Assembly: GCA_037481835.1 (NCBI GenBank)
Contig: JBBFKW010000004.1
Span: forward strand, 110,569-174,568
Source: Desulfosoma sp.
GTDB lineage: Bacteria; Desulfobacterota; Syntrophobacteria; Syntrophobacterales; DSM-9756
DNA: 64,000 nucleotides
Direction: 5' to 3'
Part shown: one piece after another, positions 1 through 9,275 of the stretch
How the letters are laid out: every line of letters starts with the position of its first letter
Numbering within the stretch: the stretch's first letter is position 1
Position numbers and translations under genes: made by a program
The notes under the pieces: model-generated
The model's database searches: none
What the model saw: only the letters and a program-made list of their open reading frames with translations
What the model was told of the DNA's origin: nothing

Positions 1-2
1 AA

Positions 3-1235
3 GGCCTCCAACTGCCGCTCCATTTCGCGTTCAAACGCCTTCGCCACACCCCGCACGAAATGCGAGCCCTTTTCAAAAAACTCGGCTGGCGCCGCATCGT
101 GGGCTTCCAGACCCGCAATCCCATGCACCGCGCCCAGTTCGAAATGACCCTTCGGGCCATGGACCGGGCCAAGGCGAACCTTTTGCTCCATCCCGTGGCG
201 CGCCGGACCACGCCGGCCGATATCGACTACTACACGCGCATCCGCTGCTACCAGGCGGTGAGCCGGTATTACCCGCCCAACATGATGCTCCTGAGCCTCC
301 TTCCCCTGGCCATGCGGCTCGCCGGGCCTCGAGAGGCGCTCCTGCACGCCATCATTCGCAAGAACTACGGCTGCACCCATTTCATCGTCGGCCGGGATCA
401 TGCCAGTCCGGCCCCGACCCCGGACGGCCGCCGGTTTTACGACCCGCAAGCGGCCGTGAAAACGGCCATGGCCCATGAAGATGCCTTGGGGATCGAAATC
501 ATCCCCTTTGAAGAAATGGTCTATGTTTTTGAAGAAGACAGCTACATGCCCCTTCGCGAAGTGCCGCCGGGAAGCACGGTAAAATCCCTTTCCTTGGAAG
601 AATTTCACCGAAGGCTCCGCGAAGGCAAACGCGTCCCCGAATGGTTCAGCTTTCCGGAAGTCATCGAGGAGCTCCAACGGGGGTACCCGCCGCGCCACAA
701 ACAAGGCTTCACCATCTTCTGCACCGGCCTTTCCGGGGCGGGAAAGTCCACCATCGCCCGGATTCTCCACGCCCGCCTTCTGGAAATGGGCGGCCGGCCC
801 GTCACCCTTCTGGACGGGGACGTGGTGCGCCGAAATCTTTCCAACGAACTGGGCTTTTCCAAGGAACACCGGGACATCAACGTGCGCCGTATCGGCTTTG
901 TGGCGAGCGAAATCACCAAGAACCGGGGGATCGCCATCTGCGCCCCCATCGCCCCCTATGCGGCCACCCGCCGCCAGATCCGAAGCCTCATCGAAACTTA
1001 CGGCGGCTTCGTGGAAGTGTATGTGGCCACTCCCTTGGAAGTGTGCGAAAGCCGCGACCGCAAGGGACTCTACGCCAAGGCCCGGGCGGGCCTCATCAAG
1101 GGCTTTACGGGCATCGACGACCCTTACGAGCCGCCTCAGGCGCCGGAAGTCGTCATCGACACGACGGAACTCACCCCCGACGAAGCCGCCCAGGAAGTGT
1201 TGCTCTACCTGGAACGCGCCGGCTATATCAAATGA
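3..1235 (+). CDS. sat-cysC: Bifunctional sulfate adenylyltransferase / adenylyl-sulfate kinase, 5'-truncated by the window edge
   Basis: Frame open from the window start. ATP sulfurylase motifs QTRNPMHRAQ and RKNYGCTHFIVGRDH, then APS kinase motifs GLSGAGKST, LDGDVVR, RDRKGLY and FTGIDDPYE. Confidence 0.93.
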   Translation, partial: GLQLPLHFAFKRLRHTPHEMRALFKKLGWRRIVGFQTRNPMHRAQFEMTLRAMDRAKANLLLHPVARRTTPADIDYYTRIRCYQAVSRYYPPNMMLLSLLPLAMRLAGPREALLHAIIRKNYGCTHFIVGRDHASPAPTPDGRRFYDPQAAVKTAMAHEDALGIEIIPFEEMVYVFEEDSYMPLREVPPGSTVKSLSLEEFHRRLREGKRVPEWFSFPEVIEELQRGYPPRHKQGFTIFCTGLSGAGKSTIARILHARLLEMGGRPVTLLDGDVVRRNLSNELGFSKEHRDINVRRIGFVASEITKNRGIAICAPIAPYAATRRQIRSLIETYGGFVEVYVATPLEVCESRDRKGLYAKARAGLIKGFTGIDDPYEPPQAPEVVIDTTELTPDEAAQEVLLYLERAGYIK

Positions 1236-1263
1236 CGGGCCCAAAGCCATAAGGAGGATCGCC

Positions 1264-1806
1264 ATGGAGGTTTTGATCCGACGGATGATTCGCGCAGCCA
1301 AGCTGGATGTGACCTTGTACGAGGAGGTGGAGGCGGATCCATCCACCATGGGCCAGGCCGTGGCCGTGGTCATCCTTTCCAGCGTGGCCGCAGGGATCGG
1401 CACCATGAGCGTCGGTGGGTTCCGGGGGCTTCTCGTCCTCACCGTCATGGCTCTGGCCAGCTGGTACGCGTGGGCCTACATCACTTACTTCATCGGCACA
1501 AAGTTCCTGGCCGAACCCCAAACTCGCTCCACCCCCGGAGAACTTTTGAGAACCCTGGGCTTTTCCAGCGCGCCGGGCGTGCTCCGCGTTCTCGGCGTCA
1601 TTCCTGGCCTGGGAGGTGTGGTGATCCTCATCGCCGGCGCGTGGATGCTCGTCGCCATGGTCATTGCCGTTAGACAAGCCTTGGATTACACGAGCACGGG
1701 CCGAGCCGTGGCTGTGTGCGCCATCGGCTGGATCATCCAAACGGTGCTCTTGGCCGTCGCCTTTTCCCTTTTCGGCCGGCCCGGCATGACGCCCCATCCC
1801 GGATAG
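1264..1806 (+). CDS. Yip1-like integral membrane protein
   Basis: AAGGAGG RBS before ATG 1264; about 5 hydrophobic segments; LLRTLGFSSAPG and IAVRQALDY patterns. Confidence 0.7.
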   Translation: MEVLIRRMIRAAKLDVTLYEEVEADPSTMGQAVAVVILSSVAAGIGTMSVGGFRGLLVLTVMALASWYAWAYITYFIGTKFLAEPQTRSTPGELLRTLGFSSAPGVLRVLGVIPGLGGVVILIAGAWMLVAMVIAVRQALDYTSTGRAVAVCAIGWIIQTVLLAVAFSLFGRPGMTPHPG

Positions 1807-1943
1807 GTCTTCCCCGGAGGCTTTGTTTTCGAAAAGTCAAACGCCCCCGGAGCCGGGGGCGGTGGGCGGCGGCAGGGACCGAGTTTCGGGATGCGCAGTG
1901 GAGAGGCCCCGAAGACGGCGCGCGCCTTCAGAGGAGCGGAACC

Positions 1944-2984
1944 GTGACCGGACGATCCCCCAGAGGACCGAGCGGCGCCGAACAACGCCTCACCTGGGCG
2001 CTCCTCGCCGTGTTGGCCATGACGGCCGCCGGTGTTTTCGCCGTCTCGTTCCACCCGGACCCATGGCTTACGGGAACCGTCGGGGCGGGACCGACCGCCG
2101 CGAACAGCCCTCAAGATCATGCCTCCAGGTCGGGCGAACCGGATGTGTCCAAGGCCTTGCCCCCGTCGCTCGTTACGGCGGGATCTGCGCAACGGTTCGA
2201 TGCTGACAGGCTCGCCGACAAAATCGACGGCAAGGCGGATCTCTACCTGGAGGCAGGATTTCGATCCTTGATCACCCAAAGGGTGTCTCTTGCGAAAGAC
2301 CCCGAACGGTGGGCCGAGTTCTTCGTCTTTTCCATGGAAAGTCCGGAAAGTGCCTTCGCCGTCTTCAGCCGACAGAGGCGCTCTTCGGCCGTGCGGCTGC
2401 CCGCTCCGCCTTTCGCCTATCGCGCCGCCAACGCCGTGTGCGCCACCGCCGGATCCTATTACGTGGAAGGGATCGGTTCCTCCGAAGACCCCCAACTCAT
2501 GGACGCCTTAACGGCAACCGTTGCAGCTCTTTTGGAACACCTCCCCCTTTCGCAAGACATTCTCCGGCATTTGGCCATGTTTCCCGAAGCCGCCGCGCCC
2601 TTCGACCGTGCCGTGCTCTACAAAGGAAGCGCCTTCGGTTACGACGGGTTCGAATACGCCTACGCCGTGCCCCTGACGGAAGACGGCGCCGCCTTGACGG
2701 CCTTCGTCGCCGTCGGCAAGAATTCCCAGGATGGCCGAAGGTCCGCCGAGGCGTTCATCCGGTCCCTGGAAGAAAACGGGGCCTCGCGCGTTTCGGGATC
2801 GGATCCGGAAACGGGGCCCGTGGTCCTGGATTTTTACGGCTTCACCGAAGTGGTTTTTTCCCACGGGCGCTACGCCGCCGGAGTGCACGAAGCCGACCGC
2901 AGGGACGCGGCCCAACGCTGGGCGGAAACCCTTCGCAATCGGCTGCGGGCCGTGGATGGCAGCGTCGGCGGTCCGCCGGGTTGA
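1944..2984 (+). CDS. Membrane-anchored periplasmic protein, DUF6599-like
   Basis: GAGGAG RBS before GTG 1944; N-terminal TM; LADKIDGKADLYLEAGF and MESPESAFAVFS patterns; first gene of the DUF362 cluster. Confidence 0.6.
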   Translation: MTGRSPRGPSGAEQRLTWALLAVLAMTAAGVFAVSFHPDPWLTGTVGAGPTAANSPQDHASRSGEPDVSKALPPSLVTAGSAQRFDADRLADKIDGKADLYLEAGFRSLITQRVSLAKDPERWAEFFVFSMESPESAFAVFSRQRRSSAVRLPAPPFAYRAANAVCATAGSYYVEGIGSSEDPQLMDALTATVAALLEHLPLSQDILRHLAMFPEAAAPFDRAVLYKGSAFGYDGFEYAYAVPLTEDGAALTAFVAVGKNSQDGRRSAEAFIRSLEENGASRVSGSDPETGPVVLDFYGFTEVVFSHGRYAAGVHEADRRDAAQRWAETLRNRLRAVDGSVGGPPG

Positions 2985-3068
2985 AATCGGGCCGATCCGC
3001 TCCGAGAACCCGGCCTGCCGCCTCGCCGGGCGATTCAACCCAGGCCGCTCCTCAGGGACATTGGGCTT

Positions 3069-4070
3069 ATGGAAAAAAACGAACCGTCCTCTTCTGTCCA
3101 TAACGCGCGGCGCCGCTTCCTGATCCGCGGGGTGCGCTACGGCGTGGGTCTTGCGGCGCTCTGGGGGTTGGGTTTGAGCCTGGCCGATTGGGTCGGCCCT
3201 TCCGGCCTCGAGTTTCCCGGCGACGCCCGGGCCGGTCCCTTCGATTGGACCGTTTCGAGCGCGCCCAAGGCCGTCGCCGTCGTCACGGGGACGAGCCGCG
3301 CCGCGTGTTGTGCGGCGGGGATCGCCGCCCTGGGCGGCATGAAAACGTACGTCGCGCCGGGGGATCGCGTTTTCGTCAAGGTGAACGCCGCCTTCGCCAG
3401 CCCGCCGTCCCTCGGAGCCACCTCACACCCCGAACTGGTGGAAACCGTCGTTCGCCTGTGCATGGACGCGGGCGCCGCCGAAGTCGTCGTCTCCGACAAC
3501 CCCATCAACGACCCGGTGAGCTGCTTTCGCTTGACGGGCATCGCCGATGCGGTGCGCCGATCCGGCGCCCGGTTGTGGATTCCCGAAGAACACCGCTTCC
3601 GGCCGGTGACGCTCCCCGGCGGTCGCTATCTCCAGCACTGGCCGGCCTGGATGGATCCGTTCCTTCGGGCCGACAAGGTGATCAACGTGGCTCCGGTGAA
3701 ACACCATCATCGGGCGGGCGCTTCCATGATCTGCAAGAACTGGTACGGGCTTTTGGGAGGTCCCCGAAACCTCTTTCACCAGCACGTGCACGACGTCATC
3801 GGGGAACTGGCGGCCTTGTTTCGGCCGACCTTGGCGGTTCTGGACGGCGTGACGGCCATGGTGACCAACGGCCCGACGGGAGGATCCCTGGCGGACTTGA
3901 AGGATTCCCGGACACTCATCGTGAGCTCCGATCCCGTGGCGGCGGACGCTCTGGGCGCCCGCATTCTGAACCTGGACCCGGAAAAACTGCCGTACCTGGC
4001 GTTGGCGGAAAAGGCCGGAGCGGGCACGCTCGACGTCGGCCGCCTCACGGTGCATCGGCTGAACGCCTAG
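3069..4070 (+). CDS. DUF362 family protein with Tat-like signal
   Basis: N-terminal ARRRFL plus hydrophobic stretch; GDRVFVKVN, SHPELV, KNWYG, GPTGG and DPVAADA motifs. Confidence 0.8.
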   Translation: MEKNEPSSSVHNARRRFLIRGVRYGVGLAALWGLGLSLADWVGPSGLEFPGDARAGPFDWTVSSAPKAVAVVTGTSRAACCAAGIAALGGMKTYVAPGDRVFVKVNAAFASPPSLGATSHPELVETVVRLCMDAGAAEVVVSDNPINDPVSCFRLTGIADAVRRSGARLWIPEEHRFRPVTLPGGRYLQHWPAWMDPFLRADKVINVAPVKHHHRAGASMICKNWYGLLGGPRNLFHQHVHDVIGELAALFRPTLAVLDGVTAMVTNGPTGGSLADLKDSRTLIVSSDPVAADALGARILNLDPEKLPYLALAEKAGAGTLDVGRLTVHRLNA

Positions 4071-4178
4071 GCCGCCCATGGCACGGCGTCGGCTTGCTCG
4101 GGGAAAAACGGTGCGGGGCGAGCCCGCAGCGGGCGATCCTTTGGCGGGTTGGAAGCGAAAGCGGGTAAAAGGGCGATC

Positions 4179-6158
4179 ATGCGCATCCACCATGTGCGAC
4201 GGCTGAGTCAGGGCTTCTTTTTTGCGCTCTTTGTCTTGCTGTGCGCGGTTACGCGCGTGGGCGGCCGGTGGACCGAAATCCGCGGCTGGCCTGTCAACTG
4301 GTTCCTGCAACTGGATCCCCTGACGGGGCTGGGCACGGCCCTGGGGACGGGAACCCTCTTTGCGGGGCTGCTCTGGGGTGCAGCCACCCTTTCCCTCACG
4401 GTGATCATGGGCCGTTTTTTCTGCGGCTGGATCTGTCCCTTCGGGACGCTCCATCACGCCCTGGGCTGGGTGCGCTTCCGTAAGCGGCGTTTTTCCGAAA
4501 GACAGGCGGCCAACGCCTTCCATCGGGCCCAAAGCCTGAAATTCTATCTGCTTTTCGTTTTCCTCGGCATGGCTTCCGGCCCTCTTTGGACGATCCCGCG
4601 ATGGACGACCCCGGCCACTGCGCTAAAAACCTTCGGTCTTCTTGCGGCGACGACCTGGCTTGTAACGGCCTGGGCTTCCCGGCAGGGGCCTGCGCGGGAA
4701 AAGGGGGAGCATCGCCGGGAGGAGATCCTGACGGCGGCCGCGGTCTTCCTCCTGGGGGCGGCCTTGGGGCGGTTTCCGGCGGCCGTGGGATCCCTGCAGA
4801 CGGGCCTTTTGGATCCCATCCCCTTTGTGCAGCGATCGCTCAACCAGATCGTCTTTCCGGCTGTGGGTCTTTTCCAGCCGGAAGGTTTGGCGGGAAACCG
4901 CTGGACCCACGGCGCCTGGCTCCTGGGGGCGTTTTTCCTCGCCGCCGTGGGCCTGAACGCCCTAAGGCCCCGGTTTTACTGCCGGTACGTGTGTCCCGCC
5001 GGAGCCCTCATGCACCTTGTGGGGCGGCGCTCCTTGTACCGCATGGTGAGGATCCCTCAACGGTGCACGGATTGCAAACGGTGCGAAACGGTCTGTGATG
5101 CGGCATGCCGCCCGTCCACGGACCTTTTAACAGGAGAATGCACCCTGTGCGGAAACTGCCTGGTGGTGTGCCCCGAGAGGGCCGTCACCTACACGGCCGA
5201 AACCCGTTCCGCCGAAATTTCCCCGGCGCCCGAGCCGGCCGTGGATATTTCGCGCCGCCGGGCTTTGGCCGTCTTGGGGTCGGGGATCTTGGCCGTCCCC
5301 GGGGTTCGATTGGAAGGATTGACGGGACGGCGGTTTGCGCCGTCCGTGGTGCGGCCCCCGGGGGCTTTGCCCGAAACCGAATTCTTGCGCCGCTGCATCA
5401 AATGCGGCCAGTGCCTGCGCATCTGCCCCACCAATGTCCTCCAACCCGCCCTGTGGGAAGCCGGAATCGAAGGGCTGTGGACACCGGTCTTGGATTTTCG
5501 CGCGGGAACCAGCGGCTGCCAGTACCGGTGCGTCGCCTGCAGCCGCATCTGCCCCACGGCGGCCATCCGGCGGCTGACCCTGGAAGAAAAGCTCGGGACC
5601 GGAGAATTCGCCGCCCGGGGCCCGGTGCGCATCGGGGCCGCTTTCGTCGACCGAAGCCGGTGTCTTCCCTGGGCTTTTGGAAAACCGTGCATCGTCTGCG
5701 AAGAAAACTGCCCGGTGAGTCCCAAGGCCATCCAAACGGTGGAGGCCTTGGAAAAATGGCCGGGACCGCCCCTTCGGGTCACAGACCGTCAAGGGGACCG
5801 CTGGACGGTCGACGGGTTTCGACCGCCCCCCAACGCGCCCCCTTTGGAAAGTCTTTTTCTGGTGGAAAACCTCAGCGATCCCTCCCGGCACCGGCCCATC
5901 CGGGACTGGGGCGACGGGTGGATCGCCGTGGGATCAGGCGATGGAGGCCGGGGGGACGACACGGCCAAGCCCCCCGCAGGGGACGGGCCCGTCTTTTTGG
6001 CCGTTCGGCTCAAACGACCCGTGGTGGATCACACGCGGTGCGTGGGCTGCGGCATTTGCGAACACGAATGCCCCGTTCGAGGCCTCCCGGCCGTTCGGGT
6101 TTCCGCGGAAAACGAATCGCGCCACCCGGAACGGTCCTTGATCGTGGGAAAGGCCTAA
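4179..6158 (+). CDS. Membrane polyferredoxin (NapH/MauN-like TM domain fused to NapG/MauM-like 4Fe-4S domain)
   Basis: GRFFCGWICPFG and RFYCRYVCPAG motifs, several CxxCxxCxxxCP motifs, VRPPGA...FLRRCIKCGQC; internal SRRRAL before the last TM. Confidence 0.85.
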   Translation: MRIHHVRRLSQGFFFALFVLLCAVTRVGGRWTEIRGWPVNWFLQLDPLTGLGTALGTGTLFAGLLWGAATLSLTVIMGRFFCGWICPFGTLHHALGWVRFRKRRFSERQAANAFHRAQSLKFYLLFVFLGMASGPLWTIPRWTTPATALKTFGLLAATTWLVTAWASRQGPAREKGEHRREEILTAAAVFLLGAALGRFPAAVGSLQTGLLDPIPFVQRSLNQIVFPAVGLFQPEGLAGNRWTHGAWLLGAFFLAAVGLNALRPRFYCRYVCPAGALMHLVGRRSLYRMVRIPQRCTDCKRCETVCDAACRPSTDLLTGECTLCGNCLVVCPERAVTYTAETRSAEISPAPEPAVDISRRRALAVLGSGILAVPGVRLEGLTGRRFAPSVVRPPGALPETEFLRRCIKCGQCLRICPTNVLQPALWEAGIEGLWTPVLDFRAGTSGCQYRCVACSRICPTAAIRRLTLEEKLGTGEFAARGPVRIGAAFVDRSRCLPWAFGKPCIVCEENCPVSPKAIQTVEALEKWPGPPLRVTDRQGDRWTVDGFRPPPNAPPLESLFLVENLSDPSRHRPIRDWGDGWIAVGSGDGGRGDDTAKPPAGDGPVFLAVRLKRPVVDHTRCVGCGICEHECPVRGLPAVRVSAENESRHPERSLIVGKA

Positions 6159-6324
6159 AGAGGCCGATCCCGGCGTTTTGCCGAGCCGCCTTCGCCGGCA
6201 AAGACACGGCTTCCTTTCGAAGGAGCGGCTTATCGACGACCCCTGGAAGAAATTTTTCAAGAAGCACGGAAAGAAGACTCTCAATAAGCCCGCCTTTGGG
6301 CGCGGCGCACACAGGAGGCCCACC

Positions 6325-7575
6325 ATGGACCGAAGAACGCAAAAAGACCCCGAAAATCCTTCCAAAGGCCTTTCTCGGCGCGGCTTTCTGAAAGCGGCAG
6401 GGATGGCGGGCATGGGCGGCGCCGCGGCCTCCCTCGGCCTCCATGCTTCGGCGATCGCCCAGGAAACCGGCGCCCCCCAAAAAGTGCCCACGCGCCCTTT
6501 CGGAGCGTCCAAGATCCCCGTCTCCATTCTTTCCCTCGGGGGCATGTTCGATACGGTAGCGAACCACATCCTGCTGCGCCAGGCGCTGCGCTGGGGCGTG
6601 ACCTATTGGGATACGGCCGACTGTTACGGCGGCGGCCGAAGCGAAGAAGGCATCGGGGCCTTTTTCGCCCGGTTTCCCGAAACCCGAAAAGAAATCTTTC
6701 TCGTGACCAAATCCGACGCCCGGGATCCGGCCGGCATGACGAAGCTTCTCCATCGGAGCCTGGATCGGATGAAGACCGACTGGATCGACCTCTACTTTCT
6801 CCACGGCGTGGATTCCATCGGGGAGTTGACCGACGACGTGCGCCGGTGGGCGGAACAGGCGAAAGCGTCGGGAAAAATCCGGCTCTTCGGGTTCAGCACC
6901 CACGCCAACATGGCCGCATGCCTGGAAGGAGCGGCCAAGCTCGGCTGGGTGGACGGGATCATGTTCACGTACAATTTTCGGCTCACCCACGATGCGGCCA
7001 TGAAACGGGCCATCGACCGGTGCGTTGCCGCAGGAATCGGCCTTACGGCCATGAAAACCCAAGGGGGAGGCCCCCTTCGCGCGGATGCTTCGGAAGGAGG
7101 GGCCCTTGCGGAAAAGCTTTTGGCCCGCGGTTTTACGGATAAGCAAGCCAAGCTCAAAGCCGTCTGGGAAGACACCCGGATCGCAAGCCTCTGTTCCCAG
7201 ATGCCCACCATGACCATTTTGATGAGCAACGTGGCGGCGGCCTTGGATAAGACGGCGCTGAGCCTGGAGGAAAGGGAACTGTTTCGCCGCTACGCGGAAG
7301 AAACCCGGGGGAGTTACTGCGCCGGGTGCGCCGAAATCTGCCACCGTGCCTCGGGAATCCCCATCGCCGACATGATGCGCGGGCTCATGTACGCCCGGGA
7401 CTACGGCGATCCGGAGGCCGCCCGGGCCGCTTTGGAGCCCCTCCTTCGAAGCGGCGTCTTCGATGCCCTGGACGACGGAAGAATCCGGGAGGCCGAAGCG
7501 CGCTGCCCCCGGGGGCTTCCCGTAGGGCGGCTGGTAGCCGACGCCGCCCGCTTGGCCCGTTCATTTCCGGCCTAG
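6325..7575 (+). CDS. Tat-exported aldo/keto reductase family oxidoreductase with C-terminal Cys cluster
   Basis: AGGAGG RBS; LSRRGFLK signal; AKR tetrad in WDTADCY, LVTK and FLHG; C-terminal YCAGCAEIC...RCP. Confidence 0.85.
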   Translation: MDRRTQKDPENPSKGLSRRGFLKAAGMAGMGGAAASLGLHASAIAQETGAPQKVPTRPFGASKIPVSILSLGGMFDTVANHILLRQALRWGVTYWDTADCYGGGRSEEGIGAFFARFPETRKEIFLVTKSDARDPAGMTKLLHRSLDRMKTDWIDLYFLHGVDSIGELTDDVRRWAEQAKASGKIRLFGFSTHANMAACLEGAAKLGWVDGIMFTYNFRLTHDAAMKRAIDRCVAAGIGLTAMKTQGGGPLRADASEGGALAEKLLARGFTDKQAKLKAVWEDTRIASLCSQMPTMTILMSNVAAALDKTALSLEERELFRRYAEETRGSYCAGCAEICHRASGIPIADMMRGLMYARDYGDPEAARAALEPLLRSGVFDALDDGRIREAEARCPRGLPVGRLVADAARLARSFPA

Positions 7576-7696
7576 GCGCCCTCCTCGGGACGGCTCTCCA
7601 AGGCGCCCTTTCCCGGAACCCCGGGCCCCCGCCCTACACAAAGACCCATCGGCCAAGGGCTTTCGCCCCCATGCCGACACCGCCGATGTTGCTGAT

Positions 7697-7727
7697 GTAG
7701 GTTGGGGTGAGCGAAGCGAACCCCAAC
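7697..7727 (+). repeat. GTAG-type REP element, copy 1
   Basis: GTAG-GTTGGGGT-GAGCGAAGCGA-ACCCCAAC: GTAG foot plus hairpin; near-identical copies at 7838 and 15508. Confidence 0.85.
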
Positions 7728-7837
7728 ACCAAAACGTCCGCCGGGGTGCGATGGAGGTTTCCATAAACGTCGAACTCAGAGCGTGACAAGGCCGGCCTTT
7801 CGTGGTTCGTTTCCTCGCCGAACCGACATGGTGAAAT

Positions 7838-7868
7838 GTAGGTTGGGGTGAGCGCAGCGAACCCCAAC
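7838..7868 (+). repeat. GTAG-type REP element, copy 2
   Basis: GTAGGTTGGGGTGAGCGCAGCGAACCCCAAC, one mismatch to copy 1, same orientation. Confidence 0.85.
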
Positions 7869-7950
7869 ACCACCCCCAATACCACCAAAGAGCCCCTCTC
7901 CCCCCGAAGACGGCCCTTCCCCCACGGCTCTGGCCCCATGCCTGAAAGAA

Positions 7951-8006
7951 TGCAAGGACCCTACACACTATGCAATGCCTTGCACACTTTTTGAGCTTTT
8001 TTTGCA
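7951..8006 (+). promoter_or_regulatory. Putative enhancer sites (UAS) for a sigma54 activator
   Basis: Three imperfect palindromes at 20-21 bp spacing (TGCAAGGACCCTACA, TGCAATGCCTTGCA, TGAGCTTTTTTTGCA), each followed by CAC, about 120-170 bp upstream of the sigma54 site. Confidence 0.5.
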
Positions 8007-8123
8007 CACCTTCGCCAGCCCGGCCGCACGGCACGCAAGCCACCCAATCAAAACCGATTGCCAAGTCATCGCTTTTTCAGCGCTTTTTTGCGCCTTGGCG
8101 GCGCTCCCTCCGATTCTTCCACG

Positions 8124-8139
8124 TGGCATACGGCTTGCT
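8124..8139 (+). promoter_or_regulatory. Sigma54 (-24/-12) promoter of the PEP-CTERM gene
   Basis: TGGCATACGGCTTGCT with exact GG-N10-GC spacing, about 90 bp before the ATG. Confidence 0.8.
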
Positions 8140-8226
8140 CCAATTGGAGACACCAAGGTACGGGCGGCACGCGTTCTTCGGGGGCGGCCATGGCGGGATA
8201 TCCCTTGAGGTGAAGGAGCATTTGTT

Positions 8227-9132
8227 ATGAAACGACCCATTCTTCTTTCGGTTCTTGCGGCGGCGTTCATCCTTGCGGCGGTTCCTTTCCCCGCCCAGGC
8301 GACCCCAATCACGGTAGGGTTCGGGGACAATTCGAAATACTGGCCCGGGTGGGTAAGTCCTGACAACAACGACAACGGAGAGGATGTTATTGGAGAAGAC
8401 CGAGGTATACCACACATCACAGGTGGAACCGCCACAATTGAAGATAATAGTCATCTGAAAAGCATAGTTATCAACTTTGCCCAATGGGATTCTAATACTG
8501 TCCCAACCTATAATAAACTTGCACCCAGCGATCTTTTTCTCAGCGTGGATAACGATACTAACTGGGAATATGTTGTCTATTACGACTCCGCCGACAAAAG
8601 ACCGGTTACCGGGAATCCACCTCGTCCAACCACTCCAACTGTTCCAAACACCTGGAACTTGTACTCCTTTTCTGGAACAGGATTAGATCTGAATGACAAA
8701 TCGGGAGTCTACCTTGATTCGGGCAACGACCCCTTTTCTTCTGGAAGTTACTGGTATGGCTACAGAATACGCGACAACCATCCCATCGGGCTTATCGGGA
8801 CTCCTACGTCTGGTTTTTTAGGTAAAGTCGATGTTAACGGCTGGGGAACGACAAATTTAACCTTTAGTTTCGGGGATCTTTTAAAGCTAACTCCTGTTTC
8901 TTCAAATAATGAATCCGATTCTTACAAGCTGACCATCGGCTTTACGGTAAACTGCGCCAACGACGTCCTTTATGAAACTCTTGAATGGGAGGTCAAACGT
9001 TCAATCCCACCCCAGCAGCACGTTCCCGAACCGGCGTCCATGCTGCTCATGGGCACGGGCTTGGTGGGGCTTGCGGGTTACGTGAGGGCCCGCGGCCGAA
9101 ACAAACGGAAGGAATCGCCTGACAAGGCGTAA
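8227..9132 (+). CDS. PEP-CTERM sorting-domain surface protein
   Basis: Sec signal peptide (AQA cleavage), N/S/T/D/G-rich core, C-terminal VPEPASMLLMGTGLVGLAG plus basic tail RARGRNKRK. Confidence 0.92.
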   Translation: MKRPILLSVLAAAFILAAVPFPAQATPITVGFGDNSKYWPGWVSPDNNDNGEDVIGEDRGIPHITGGTATIEDNSHLKSIVINFAQWDSNTVPTYNKLAPSDLFLSVDNDTNWEYVVYYDSADKRPVTGNPPRPTTPTVPNTWNLYSFSGTGLDLNDKSGVYLDSGNDPFSSGSYWYGYRIRDNHPIGLIGTPTSGFLGKVDVNGWGTTNLTFSFGDLLKLTPVSSNNESDSYKLTIGFTVNCANDVLYETLEWEVKRSIPPQQHVPEPASMLLMGTGLVGLAGYVRARGRNKRKESPDKA

Positions 9133-9156
9133 TCCTCTCAATGGCCACCTTGAGCC

Positions 9157-9200
9157 AACCCCGGCCGGCGGGAATCCCCCCGGCCGGGGTTTTGCTTTTC
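9157..9200 (+). terminator. Intrinsic terminator after the PEP-CTERM gene
   Basis: AACCCCGGCCGG...CCGGCCGGGGTT stem followed by TTGCTTTTC. Confidence 0.7.
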
Positions 9201-9275
9201 CGGAAAGCATCGATCCCGGCGGCGTGGGCGAACCGAAAGGTCGGCCCCGGAATTGCCGCACTGGGCGGGCGGCGG

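Noticed and set aside
7695..7872. Mini-CRISPR from two 37-bp direct repeats
   Set aside because: The spacer is about 104 bp, a third inverted copy lies at 15508, and the GTAG-hairpin form fits a REP.
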